A stretch of DNA of 64,000 nt from an uncultured Bacteroidota bacterium (GTDB lineage Bacteria > Bacteroidota > Ignavibacteria > UBA10030 > UBA6906): NCBI GenBank assembly GCA_963700635.1, contig CAVOYH010000002.1, positions 160,001 through 224,000 of the forward strand. The letters are read 5' to 3'. The notes beneath the pieces were generated by a model. It saw nothing but the letters and a program-made list of their open reading frames with translations, made no database searches and was not told where the DNA came from. Numbering within the stretch: position 1 is the stretch's first letter; the number at the start of each line of letters is the position of its first letter. This document shows, in pieces, positions 39,153 to 48,596 of the stretch. Made by a program: the position numbers and the translations under genes.

Positions 39153-42100
39153 CTATTTTAAGATCAACATTTTTCGAGTTAACACAAACGGGTCAACGGG
39201 CGGTGCCGGTTGGCCGCTGCCCGAGCCCAGTGACCGTGCCGTGATCCTGTAGAAATACACACCGCTGGGAAGATCAGAACCATCAAGGGTATGTTCGTAG
39301 CGTCCGGCTTTTTGTGTCATGCTGACGAGTTCCCGGACTTTCTGCCCCAGAAGATTGTGAAGGGTCAGGATCACTTCTGCCTCGGCCGGCAGGTCGTACC
39401 GGATGACCGTCGAGGGGTTCGCCGGGTTCGGGAAGTTCTGGAACAGATCGTACAAAACCGGCGCGGACATCACTGTGGCGCTCCATACCGGTGACCACTG
39501 TGTGGTCCAGTCGTTGTTCTTCGCCCGAAGTCTCCAGTAATATGTGCGGGAATACTCCAGAGGCCCTACCCGCTGCACGGTATCTGTCAGAGTCGAGTCG
39601 TTGTAGACCGTAGATGAAAACGGGGCATCGAGCGAGACCTGCAGATGGTATGACCGGGCGTATGGCGTGGTTTTCCACGTGAACCGGATATAGGGTAATT
39701 GTCCGGAAGAAGCGCTCACAGGGTCAACCGGCACCGGAATGTCCGGAGGTGCGGCGACGGTGGTGAAAGACCAGACCGGTGAGAAAACGCTCGCCCCGCG
39801 TGAGTTCCAGGCACGGACACGCCAGAAGTATCGGGTGTCACATTCCAGTCCGGAAACGGTGACCACTGTGTCTGGTATGCCCGACTGATCATAGATCGTG
39901 GAATCGAATGGGGAATCGGTGGCAATCTGAAGTTGATACCCGTCGGCCAACCGGCTGGATTTCCACCGGAACATTTGCGTGTTGGGAACGGAAGCCAGGC
40001 CACTTCCGGGGGTCTGCTGCACTGGTGCCGGAGGTGGAACGAGGCGCGTCACGAACAGACGGGGTGTTGAATACGCGCCAGCCCCTTTAGCATCAATCGC
40101 CTTCACACGCCAGTAGTATGCTGTGAAGGGCTCGAGACCCGTCAGGTCCAGGCTGTTTGCCGGTATTGTTGAGTCACGAAGCACGGCCACCTGAAACAAA
40201 GGGTCCTTCGCCAGCTCCAGTATGTAGGATGTCGCGCCGGGAGATGCCGTCCAACGAAGAGTCACGGCGACGTCCACATCGATGGCGGAATCGGGCGGTG
40301 CAACCGGAACAGGTGTTGCAAGACTCGTAGTATAGCTCCATGCCGGGGAATAGGCGCTCCACCCACCGTCGTTTCCGCTTCTCACCCGCCACCAGTGACG
40401 TGTGTATGCCTGGAGCCCCGGGGGGTTGTAGGTTGTATCTGTAAGAGTGGAATCATTCACGAGCCTCAGCGTAAACAAAGAGTCTGTTGAAACCTGGATG
40501 TGATAACGAACCGCCCGGGCAGCGGCGCACCATGCGAGTGCTCGCGCTGCGGCTTCGCCTTCCGATGTGTTTACGGGAACAACCAGGAGCGGTGCCGGAG
40601 GTGGTTCCACAACTGTCGTAAAACGCAGGATGGATGACGTGGCACTATGGGACGTTCCATCGGCAGTTCTCGCCTGCACGCGACAGTAGTAAACGGACAG
40701 ATATGCCAGTCCGGACACAACCCTGCTTGTGGTCGTGATGCCGGAATCGTCCAGCACCGGCGTGTGCAACAACGAATCCGGAGAGAGGATGAGCCGGTAT
40801 CGTTCCGCCCCCTGGCTGGCCGACCAACGTATACTCAGCGTCAAGGGTTGGAGGATCGCATTGGCAGCGGGACTGATCCATTGCGGCGTAGCCAGTACCG
40901 TCAGAAACGTATTCCCTGCAGACCAGGGACTTCCCCCCCCGGCATTCTCGGCCTGGACGCGCCAATGATATCGGGTGAAGTGGTCGGGCAGAGTCGCCTT
41001 GTATGATGTATCCACCAGCGTAGAGTCTTCAAACATCACAAGTGTGAATAGGGAGTCTTCTGAAATTTGCAGCCGGTAGCGTACAGCACGGGCAGCATGC
41101 TGCCAGGACAGGACGGGAGTCAAAGGCATGTTTGGCGCCCCGGATACAGGTCCGGCAAGCACAGGCATCGCTGGAGGATCGGGCACGGTCGTAAACCGAC
41201 TCACCGTACTCCATGATCCGGTGCTGATGCCCCCGGCATCGCGCGCGCGGACCCGCCAGTAATACGTGGAGGATCGCAACAACCCGGAAATCGTGCGACT
41301 CGAGTCAACAAGTGTTGAGTCGTCAAATGTGCGAATGGTGAAGAGGGAGTCGAGTGAAAGCTGAACCCGATACGTTCCCGCATTGGCAACCGAAGTCCAG
41401 ACGAACCGTAGGGTTACAGGTTGATCAATCATGTCCGATGCAGGCGCGATTGGCAGCGGCGTTGCGATGACTGTGGTAAAACTCCACGGCGCCGTGTACG
41501 TACTCGCCCCGCTCGGGTTCACACTTCGTACACGCCAGAAATACCGGGTAGATCCGTTCAGTCGACCTGTTTGGAACGACGATTGTATGATGGTCGAATC
41601 ATTGACAATCAAGAGCGCGAACATACTGTCTGTGGACACCTGAACGTGGTATGCTGACGCCCCGGTGGCACCAGCCCAGCTCAGCGTCACCTCAAGCGGT
41701 GTATTGGCGGTGCCGTTGTGAGGAAGTGAAAGTGCCGGTAGCGTCGGGATGCTTATCCTGGTCGTAAAACTCCACACGGCGGAGGATTGTGCACCACCCG
41801 CATTAAGCGCCGTCACCTGCCAGTAGAATCGAGAGCCATACGGAATGGTTCCGACACTCTTCCGGGGTTCCGTTGTTACGGTGTCATACAGGACGGAAAC
41901 AAAATCCGGTGTCGGGGAGATCCGTACCCGGTACGTCGTGGCCCCGGCCGTGGCCCCCCATGTCAACATCACCGGTAAAGCGAGGTCGGTCTGCCCGTCA
42001 GCCGGAGCAATCTGCAAAGGCACTGCCGGAGGCGGAACCGTAACAGTGAAGCGCCGGATCACGGAGTAGGCGCTCGGACCGTTGCCATTCGAGGCGCTCA

Positions 42101-45008
42101 CCCGCCAGTAATATGTGGCGCTGTATGCAAGCGAGGCCACGACGTGGTTTGTTGACGTGAGCGTCGGGAAGTCGTACAGTACGGTTCCAAAGAGAGAGTC
42201 TGCGGCCACCTGGAGTCTGTAGGAGCTTGCACCGAGGGTGGGCTGCCAGATAAAGGTAACCGAGGGAGGCAGGTCGGTTGCTGCCGGCGGTGGCGCGACA
42301 AGCTGCGGCACTGCGGGAATGGTCACCACAGTACTGAACTGCCTGATCGGAGAATTCGTGATGCCGTTGCTGTCGCTCCGGGCTGAGACCTGCCAGAAGT
42401 ATCGCGTACTTACGGAGAGAGAGTTCACACGTGCTGAATTCGTAACCAGGGCCGAGTCGGAATAGACAACTGCAGCAAACGCCGTATCGAGTGCGACACG
42501 CAAAAGGTAGGTTCTGGCGCCACTAACCGGAGCCCATGAAAAACTGATGTTCGTCGCCGGGTGGTCACCTGATCCGTCTGCCGGACTCAGCAGGACAGGG
42601 TCAGCGATCCGGGTGGTAAAATTGAACGGGAGTGTGTAGGAGCTGCTGTCGAGTCGGTTGAGCCCTTTCACGCGCCAGTAATAGGCGGTGTTGTGCTCGA
42701 GATTCCTACGGAGCGTCAATGCCGAATCGACAACACCGGTGGTGTCCAACACGGTGGTCGGAAAGTACGAATCGGCGGAGACCTGTACCCGGTACCACTC
42801 CGTCGCATTGGATGAAGACCATCGCACCGTCGGAGTAGTGGATTGGGCCATACTGCGGCTGGCCGGATCCTTCAAGACGGGCACCGGGGGCGTCTGGAGC
42901 ATTGTCCTGAACGACCATGGTGGGGAATAGGGGCTGCTCGCCGTGTTGGAGGCGTTCGTGGCAAGGACCCTCCAGAAGAAGCGTGTATTACCCGACAACG
43001 GTCCGACCTGAAAAGAGGTCCCGACGATTGGTGTCCTCTCAAATTCGACTCCCGCAAAAAGCGAGTCACGAGCGACCTGGATTTTGTAGAATGCTGCGCC
43101 GGATGACTGGTTCCATTGAAGCAGGGGAGTGAATCCAAGATCAACGGTTCCCTCCGGCGGCCAGAGCAGCGACGGGGCCGCGGGTGTGTCGATGCGAGTG
43201 GTGAAACTCCGGATTTCAGACCAGAGACTTGTGGATGTCCCGGCCGAATTACGGGCGTTTAATCTCCAGTAATAGGTCCGGCTGCTGTTGAGCGGACCCA
43301 CCTGCCTGGAGGTAGTGGCTATCCCCGCATCGTCAAATACCACGGTGCTCGGAAACGTTGGATCCTCAGATACCTGAAGTCGGTACGATGTTCCTCCGGG
43401 AGAAGAGAACCAGGACAACACAGGGTTTACCGGTTGCCCGATTGCTCCGGAGGCGGGGGCGTTCAGGAGAGGGGCGACAATCTTCGTCCGGAATGTCCAG
43501 GCAGAGGTCGGGAATATACTCGAATCCCCGTTCTCGTTGCGGGCACTGACCCTCCAGTAGTACAGAGTATCGTTTCCGAGTGGCCCCACGGCGAGGGATT
43601 CTGCATTAGCGAACGCTGAGGCAATCAGTGCTGTAAACTGGGTATTCTTTGAGACCTGGACTCGATATGTCGCGGCGGTAGGCACTGAACTCCAGCGCAG
43701 AACCGGTGTAACAGATTGATCCAGTGCTCCGGTTGCCGGAGCGACGATCGACGGCGGCAACAGACGCGTCGTCAGGACCCTTGCGGGAGAAAACGGACTA
43801 GTGGCGGCGACGTTTTTTGCCCGCACACGCCAGAAGTACTGACTCCCCGTCAACAACCCCGCCACCTGCTTCGAGGTGGTGGTGATGCTTGAGTCATCAA
43901 ACACCAGAGTGGTAAACGCCGGGTCCGAAGCGACCTGCAGACGATATGTCGCGGCATCGGGAACCGCGATCCACGAAAATGTCGTCGGGCTGACCGGCTG
44001 ACTCTTTGCGCTGTCAGCCGGCGCGAGAAGTACTGGTTCAGACGCACCGCTGACGATCGTCGTAAAATTCCAGGCGGTTGTGGGGTAAGCACTTGTGTCA
44101 CCCCGTTCATTCCGCCCGGACACTCGCCAGTAGTACTTGGTTTTGTTTGCGAGCGGTCCGACATTTAACGATTCTGACAGTGATGTCGTGTTGAGAACCA
44201 TTGTGGAGAATGATGTGGCAGTTGATACCTGTACCCGGTATGAGTCTGCCCCGGGTATGGACGACCAGGATAACAGCGGCGTGATGGCAATACTCGTCGC
44301 GTTGTTCGCGGGTGATACAATAGCCGGGGGGGCGAGCCTGGTTGTAAAACGCCTGGCCGCTGTGTACGCTGACGAGCCCGCTACATTCTTTGCGCCGAGC
44401 CGCCAGTAGTACTCTGCGCCAAAGGCGAGGCCGCTTATCTGTTTGCTTACGCCGGTGAGCGTCGAATCGTTGACCACCAGCGAAACGAATGCCGGATCCG
44501 TCGCAATCTGCAGGCGGTAGGAAGCTGCATCCGGGACGGCACCCCATGAAAATGTTGTCGGATTTACTGACTGGCTTCCTGCGTTGTCAACCGGCGCGAC
44601 GAGGGAAGGGACGGCGGGCGTGTCCACAATTGTCGTAAAATTCCGCACTGACGACCACACGCTGGAGTCGGCATTCTGCCGTGTATGGACGCGCCAGTAG
44701 TATTTCGTCTTGTGGGCCAAGCCCGACACCGGGAGAAAGAGCGTCGGGTCGTCCGATTGTGCCTCGAGAAGCGTGTCCAGAAACATGGAACTGGCGGGGA
44801 ATGTCAGCGACGTGGACAACTGGACCCGGTACCCGGTGGCTGCCGGATCAGCGATCCAACTCAGTATCAAGGGAATCGACTGGTTCGTTGCTCCGGTTGC
44901 CGGAGCGGCAAGAACCGGGGGATCAATAGCCCAGAGTGCTGATGTCCCGAAAACAACCAGGAACGTGAGGGTGGCAATCCGGGTGCGTATGTTGATCATT
45001 GCATACAT
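39153..45008 (-). CDS. ~1950 aa secreted protein: signal peptide + 19 tandem FN3-like repeats + T9SS type-A C-terminal domain
   Basis: 19 copies of P.L..P...W......YRLQ...D..F...L...(Y/F)(Y/F)WRV...FTT; CTD LFQNFPNPANPST...LPSGVYFYR...KMLILK; start at ATG 45008 or 44999 (track start 45230 overlaps the riboswitch). Confidence 0.9.
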   Translation of the reverse strand: MYAMINIRTRIATLTFLVVFGTSALWAIDPPVLAAPATGATNQSIPLILSWIADPAATGYRVQLSTSLTFPASSMFLDTLLEAQSDDPTLFLPVSGLAHKTKYYWRVHTRQNADSSVWSSVRNFTTIVDTPAVPSLVAPVDNAGSQSVNPTTFSWGAVPDAASYRLQIATDPAFVSLVVNDSTLTGVSKQISGLAFGAEYYWRLGAKNVAGSSAYTAARRFTTRLAPPAIVSPANNATSIAITPLLSWSSIPGADSYRVQVSTATSFSTMVLNTTSLSESLNVGPLANKTKYYWRVSGRNERGDTSAYPTTAWNFTTIVSGASEPVLLAPADSAKSQPVSPTTFSWIAVPDAATYRLQVASDPAFTTLVFDDSSITTTSKQVAGLLTGSQYFWRVRAKNVAATSPFSPARVLTTRLLPPSIVAPATGALDQSVTPVLRWSSVPTAATYRVQVSKNTQFTALIASAFANAESLAVGPLGNDTLYYWRVSARNENGDSSIFPTSAWTFRTKIVAPLLNAPASGAIGQPVNPVLSWFSSPGGTSYRLQVSEDPTFPSTVVFDDAGIATTSRQVGPLNSSRTYYWRLNARNSAGTSTSLWSEIRSFTTRIDTPAAPSLLWPPEGTVDLGFTPLLQWNQSSGAAFYKIQVARDSLFAGVEFERTPIVGTSFQVGPLSGNTRFFWRVLATNASNTASSPYSPPWSFRTMLQTPPVPVLKDPASRSMAQSTTPTVRWSSSNATEWYRVQVSADSYFPTTVLDTTGVVDSALTLRRNLEHNTAYYWRVKGLNRLDSSSYTLPFNFTTRIADPVLLSPADGSGDHPATNISFSWAPVSGARTYLLRVALDTAFAAVVYSDSALVTNSARVNSLSVSTRYFWQVSARSDSNGITNSPIRQFSTVVTIPAVPQLVAPPPAATDLPPSVTFIWQPTLGASSYRLQVAADSLFGTVLYDFPTLTSTNHVVASLAYSATYYWRVSASNGNGPSAYSVIRRFTVTVPPPAVPLQIAPADGQTDLALPVMLTWGATAGATTYRVRISPTPDFVSVLYDTVTTEPRKSVGTIPYGSRFYWQVTALNAGGAQSSAVWSFTTRISIPTLPALSLPHNGTANTPLEVTLSWAGATGASAYHVQVSTDSMFALLIVNDSTIIQSSFQTGRLNGSTRYFWRVRSVNPSGASTYTAPWSFTTVIATPLPIAPASDMIDQPVTLRFVWTSVANAGTYRVQLSLDSLFTIRTFDDSTLVDSSRTISGLLRSSTYYWRVRARDAGGISTGSWSTVSRFTTVPDPPAMPVLAGPVSGAPNMPLTPVLSWQHAARAVRYRLQISEDSLFTLVMFEDSTLVDTSYKATLPDHFTRYHWRVQAENAGGGSPWSAGNTFLTVLATPQWISPAANAILQPLTLSIRWSASQGAERYRLILSPDSLLHTPVLDDSGITTTSRVVSGLAYLSVYYCRVQARTADGTSHSATSSILRFTTVVEPPPAPLLVVPVNTSEGEAAARALAWCAAARAVRYHIQVSTDSLFTLRLVNDSTLTDTTYNPPGLQAYTRHWWRVRSGNDGGWSAYSPAWSYTTSLATPVPVAPPDSAIDVDVAVTLRWTASPGATSYILELAKDPLFQVAVLRDSTIPANSLDLTGLEPFTAYYWRVKAIDAKGAGAYSTPRLFVTRLVPPPAPVQQTPGSGLASVPNTQMFRWKSSRLADGYQLQIATDSPFDSTIYDQSGIPDTVVTVSGLECDTRYFWRVRAWNSRGASVFSPVWSFTTVAAPPDIPVPVDPVSASSGQLPYIRFTWKTTPYARSYHLQVSLDAPFSSTVYNDSTLTDTVQRVGPLEYSRTYYWRLRAKNNDWTTQWSPVWSATVMSAPVLYDLFQNFPNPANPSTVIRYDLPAEAEVILTLHNLLGQKVRELVSMTQKAGRYEHTLDGSDLPSGVYFYRITARSLGSGSGQPAPPVDPFVLTRKMLILK

Positions 45009-45133
45009 TTCCGAGGATATTTGAACATGCGCTATGCCAATACCCGGCCTGGCTTTCCCGGTCAACCAGGTCGTTTTTCCCGATCGGGATGGGGATTCAG
45101 GGCCAATATTCTCCACCTGGCTCTTGAGAGGAG

Positions 45134-45162
45134 TTGACTTTAAGGAACCTCTCAGGTATATT
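45134..45162 (+). promoter_or_regulatory. sigma70-type promoter TTGACT-N17-TATATT driving the riboswitch leader
   Basis: ttgact 45134-45139, tatatt 45157-45162. Confidence 0.7.
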
Positions 45163-45185
45163 GGTGTAAGTTCATTTGCATAAAT

Positions 45186-45326
45186 GGTGCCGGCGTAGGG
45201 AATTCCGTCAAAACGGAAGCTGCCCCGCAACTGTAGGTGATAATGGGCGTGCGTGTCACTGACCGATCCAGGGTCGGGAAGACACCGCGGTTCCCCCAGT
45301 CACAAGCCAGGAAACCTGCCGGCGCC
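45186..45326 (+). ncRNA. Cobalamin (B12) riboswitch
   Basis: AGGGAA-ttccg(tcaaaa)cggaa-GCTGCCCCGCAACTGT; CACTG...GGGAAG; B12-box AGCCAGGAAACCTGCC; flanking ggtgccggc/gccggcgcc pairing; upstream of a TonB-dependent receptor. Confidence 0.92.
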
Positions 45327-45396
45327 AAGTCCAAACAAGACCTTCGCGGGAAGGGACCGGACACTTGCATGGGGTTTCCACGAAACCAGTGCAGCT

Positions 45397-45431
45397 GGCC
45401 TCTTACTTCGAGTCGAAGGGAGAGGCCTTTT
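45397..45431 (+). terminator. Intrinsic terminator-like hairpin in the riboswitch expression platform
   Basis: ggcctct-ta-cttcg-agt-cgaag-gg-agaggcc followed by tttt. Confidence 0.6.
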
Positions 45432-45449
45432 CACTTGGTAACAGAACGG

Positions 45450-47489
45450 ATGTTGTTTCGATGTGCCGCTGTCCTCGTTCTCTGCTTCCCCCCCGCTGAA
45501 GTCCAGCAGATGGCGGCGCAGACGTTGCCTCCATCCGCGTCCACGATACAGGACTCCTCAACCCTCCTCCCTGCAGTCCGATCGTATGCACTGGACGAAG
45601 TGATAATCACCTCACAACGTATTCCCCGCCCGGTTCTTTTTTCCCCCTCTGCAACCACCGTCGTCTCACGCCGGAGCATCGAAGCGGCAGGGGGGACGTC
45701 ACTCGGTGCGGTACTGGCTTCCGGAACCGGACTGTTTATCAAAGATTACGGGGGACCGTCAGGAATCAAAACCCTCGCGCAGAGGGGGTTGGGGACCGAA
45801 CACACGCTGGTACTCTTGAATGGTATGCCAGTAAATAGTGTGCACAATGGTGGCGTGGATCTGGGGATGACTTCTGCGGATGACATTGAAAGGATTGAAA
45901 TCGTCCGGGGAGGTCAGTCCGCACTTCACGGCCCTCACGCCGTTGCTGGAATCGTTAATGTTATCACCCGGACGATGCCCGACGAGGAGCACGCGATTGT
46001 CGGGATGGACTGGGGGGCCTTCGGTTACCGTTCTATCCGCCTGGCGATCGGGAACGGCGGGGCACCCGAAGGATGGCAACTCCGGTACGCACATGAACAG
46101 AGTGAGGAAAACTATCCCTTTGAGTTCCGCAATGGTCCGTCAGTGATGGAGCTTTACCGCAAGAATGCGGATCTGCGGGTTGATCGGTGGTCGGCAGGAT
46201 TCCGCACGTCACTTTCTCCGGCCGTGCAACTGGATTCATACGCAACAGCTCAAATGGGAGAACGTGGTGTTCCCGGTATCGTCGCGGGGCCATTCAGTTC
46301 TTCACGCGCCCGGCAGCAGGACCGGCAGGCTATCGTTCAGACATCGGTCACGGCTGTTCTTTCGAACTCGTTATCATGGGAAACCCGGCTGCAGGGACAG
46401 TATGGCTATCAACGATACCGCGATCCGGATCTTGTTATCGGGTATACCCCGGTTGACAACTATTCTGTGTCCCGCGAAGTCCGCGTTGAATCCCGCGTTG
46501 CGATGCAGAGTGCGTGGGGGATGCGTCTTAACCTGGGAGGAGATGTCACCCGCGCCGTGGGGCAGAGTAACGCACACAGGGAAGATGCCACGCGCACACA
46601 GTGGGGGTTTGCTCTGGCCGCTGAGCAACGCCTCGCCGGCGAAGAGGGAGGCATGTTGATCTCCCTGTACCCGGCCTTACGATACGATCGCGCCGGTCCG
46701 AATCTTGACGCGTGGAGTCCCCAGGTGGGAGTGCATGCACAGATCCCTTTGGGAGGTGTCACGACATTGCCGCGCACAATCCTCCGTTTTCGGGGAAGTG
46801 CAAGCCGCAATTTCAGGCCACCAACATTCAACGAACTGTTCTACTCCGGCGGTGGTGGGGTGGGGAATCCCCTCCTGAAGCCGGAACGATCCACATCACT
46901 CGAAGCGGGGAGCGGCATTTCCTTTGTCGCGCTCGGCGAACACCATCTTGACGTCACCCTGTTTGTTATCATGATGGATGACCGCATCGTGTGGGTGCCG
47001 GCAGGAACCGGTAGCGTCACACCGAAAAATCTCCGCGAAGTCCGGTCCCGGGGAGCGGAGCTTGTGTACTCATTTGCGCTTGGGGGGGTGACGCTGACCG
47101 CCCACTATGCACGGAGCAGATCCGAAAAAATCTCTGCGGATTACCCTGGCGACCCGTATAGGAATGTCCAGTTGATCTACTCGCCCGAGGAAATGGTCGG
47201 CATTCGGAGCTCATGGTACCTGGATATTCAGGAGGGCATTCTGGATGCGCTGGAGTGCGGTGGCGGATATACCTTTGTGGGCCATCGGTTTGTCACAGAG
47301 GACAACGGGCTGTTTCTTCCCGGTTATCATCTGCTGCAGGCGGGGGGAGGCGTGCGGCTGCGCCTGGCCGGGTGGCGTGTGCGTGTGCGGGGAGATATCA
47401 CAAATCTCCTCAATACATCCTACGAAACGATGGCAGGATATCCCATGCCTCCCCGATCAGTACGGTTAACGTGTGAGATTCTTTATTAA
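45450..47489 (+). CDS. btuB: TonB-dependent receptor, BtuB-like cobalamin transporter
   Basis: TonB box LDEVIITS; plug RGLG..HTLVLLNG, IERIEIVRG; RPPTFNEL, GNP.LKPE, NLLN..Y; follows the B12 riboswitch; start approximate. Confidence 0.8.
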   Translation: MLFRCAAVLVLCFPPAEVQQMAAQTLPPSASTIQDSSTLLPAVRSYALDEVIITSQRIPRPVLFSPSATTVVSRRSIEAAGGTSLGAVLASGTGLFIKDYGGPSGIKTLAQRGLGTEHTLVLLNGMPVNSVHNGGVDLGMTSADDIERIEIVRGGQSALHGPHAVAGIVNVITRTMPDEEHAIVGMDWGAFGYRSIRLAIGNGGAPEGWQLRYAHEQSEENYPFEFRNGPSVMELYRKNADLRVDRWSAGFRTSLSPAVQLDSYATAQMGERGVPGIVAGPFSSSRARQQDRQAIVQTSVTAVLSNSLSWETRLQGQYGYQRYRDPDLVIGYTPVDNYSVSREVRVESRVAMQSAWGMRLNLGGDVTRAVGQSNAHREDATRTQWGFALAAEQRLAGEEGGMLISLYPALRYDRAGPNLDAWSPQVGVHAQIPLGGVTTLPRTILRFRGSASRNFRPPTFNELFYSGGGGVGNPLLKPERSTSLEAGSGISFVALGEHHLDVTLFVIMMDDRIVWVPAGTGSVTPKNLREVRSRGAELVYSFALGGVTLTAHYARSRSEKISADYPGDPYRNVQLIYSPEEMVGIRSSWYLDIQEGILDALECGGGYTFVGHRFVTEDNGLFLPGYHLLQAGGGVRLRLAGWRVRVRGDITNLLNTSYETMAGYPMPPRSVRLTCEILY

Positions 47490-47516
47490 TGTGAACAACA
47501 AGTATCGGATAATTCG

Positions 47517-48581
47517 ATGAAATGTTCCGTGTTGTACGTCCTGATGTCCATACTGCTGGTATCCTGCACCAAAAACCCAACCGGACTGGAAATCAGCGAG
47601 ACAATCACTCCGGTTGCAAAAGGTGTGTATATCCTTCATGAAGGTAACTATGGTGATCCTTCGGGAGCGCGGCTCGCCCTGTACGATCTTACCGTGGACA
47701 CCGTCTTCACCGATGTTGTTGAGGGAGCAAACCAGGGGGCGCATCTGGGAAGTACCGGTGATGATATGCTGTTGTTCCGGGATAGAATCTATGTGCTCAT
47801 GAGCGGATCCGAGAATATCGTTGTCCTCAGTCGAAACGACCACCGTGTGGTACAATCAGCGTATTTTCCGGGTTGGGTTCCCCATGCGATGGTCATTGAC
47901 TCGCTGCGGAACAGGATCTATGTTACCCGGCTCTACAAGAGTTCGGTCATGGCTCTTGATTTGACCACCCTGGCCGTGCTTGATTCTGCTGTAGTCGGGG
48001 CGAATCCACAGGAACTGGTCCTGGCGGGGGACGAACTGTTCGTCTGCAACTCGGGGTATGGATCGGAGAATACTGTGAGTGTGCTTGCGGTTGCGCCATT
48101 GCAGACCCGGGCGACGGTGCGCGTGGGAGCAGGACCCACAGGGATAACACAAGCGGGTGATGGAACTCTCTGGGTTGCCTGTACAGGCAATCCATATGGC
48201 ACGCCGGCAGTCCCGGGTTCCATCTATTCCATCAACCCGATCACCCGTGTGGTAAAAGATTCGGTTCTGTTCTCAGGTCCGCTCTGGGGCTCGATGTGCG
48301 TGGGTGCTGATGGAGCGGGGTATTTTCTGGGGGTCTCCCCTGGAAGCTATTATGGGGGACCGGTTCATCGGATACATTTGAACACTCTGGTCGTTACCAC
48401 CATGGTCGTGCCCGGCACATTTTATGCCCTGGGCGTTGACCGGGGTTCGGGAGATATGTATCTTGCCGATGCGAAAAGCTTCACGACCCAGGGAGAAGTT
48501 CGATCACTAACCTCCACGCTGGCGCACAAACGCACCGTGCCAGTGCAGCGTGGGCCTGCAGTATTTGCATTCACGCGGTAA
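47517..48581 (+). CDS. BtuG-like (YncE-type) beta-propeller lipoprotein
   Basis: Lipobox LLVSC; ILHEGNY resembles the BtuG N-terminal motif; YVTN-like blades; follows btuB. Confidence 0.75.
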   Translation: MKCSVLYVLMSILLVSCTKNPTGLEISETITPVAKGVYILHEGNYGDPSGARLALYDLTVDTVFTDVVEGANQGAHLGSTGDDMLLFRDRIYVLMSGSENIVVLSRNDHRVVQSAYFPGWVPHAMVIDSLRNRIYVTRLYKSSVMALDLTTLAVLDSAVVGANPQELVLAGDELFVCNSGYGSENTVSVLAVAPLQTRATVRVGAGPTGITQAGDGTLWVACTGNPYGTPAVPGSIYSINPITRVVKDSVLFSGPLWGSMCVGADGAGYFLGVSPGSYYGGPVHRIHLNTLVVTTMVVPGTFYALGVDRGSGDMYLADAKSFTTQGEVRSLTSTLAHKRTVPVQRGPAVFAFTR

Positions 48582-48596
48582 GAAAGGGCGTATAAA

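Noticed and set aside
39153-45008. Periodic ccagtagta/ccagaagta DNA motifs resembling a CRISPR or repeat array
   Set aside because: Spacing of about 290 nt and degeneracy match the YYWR codons of the protein repeats; no cas genes are present.
45023-45065. Possible sigma54 (TGGCATA-N4-ATGT) or sigma70 (TTGACC-N17-TATTGG) promoter for the FN3 gene
   Set aside because: The sigma54 candidate lacks the invariant -12 GC and the sigma70 -10 lacks the final T; neither can be supported.
45009-45449. Track N-terminal extensions of the FN3 protein (to 45230) and the TonB receptor (from 45237)
   Set aside because: They run through the promoter and riboswitch; signal-peptide-like sequences start at 45008/44999 and about 45450.
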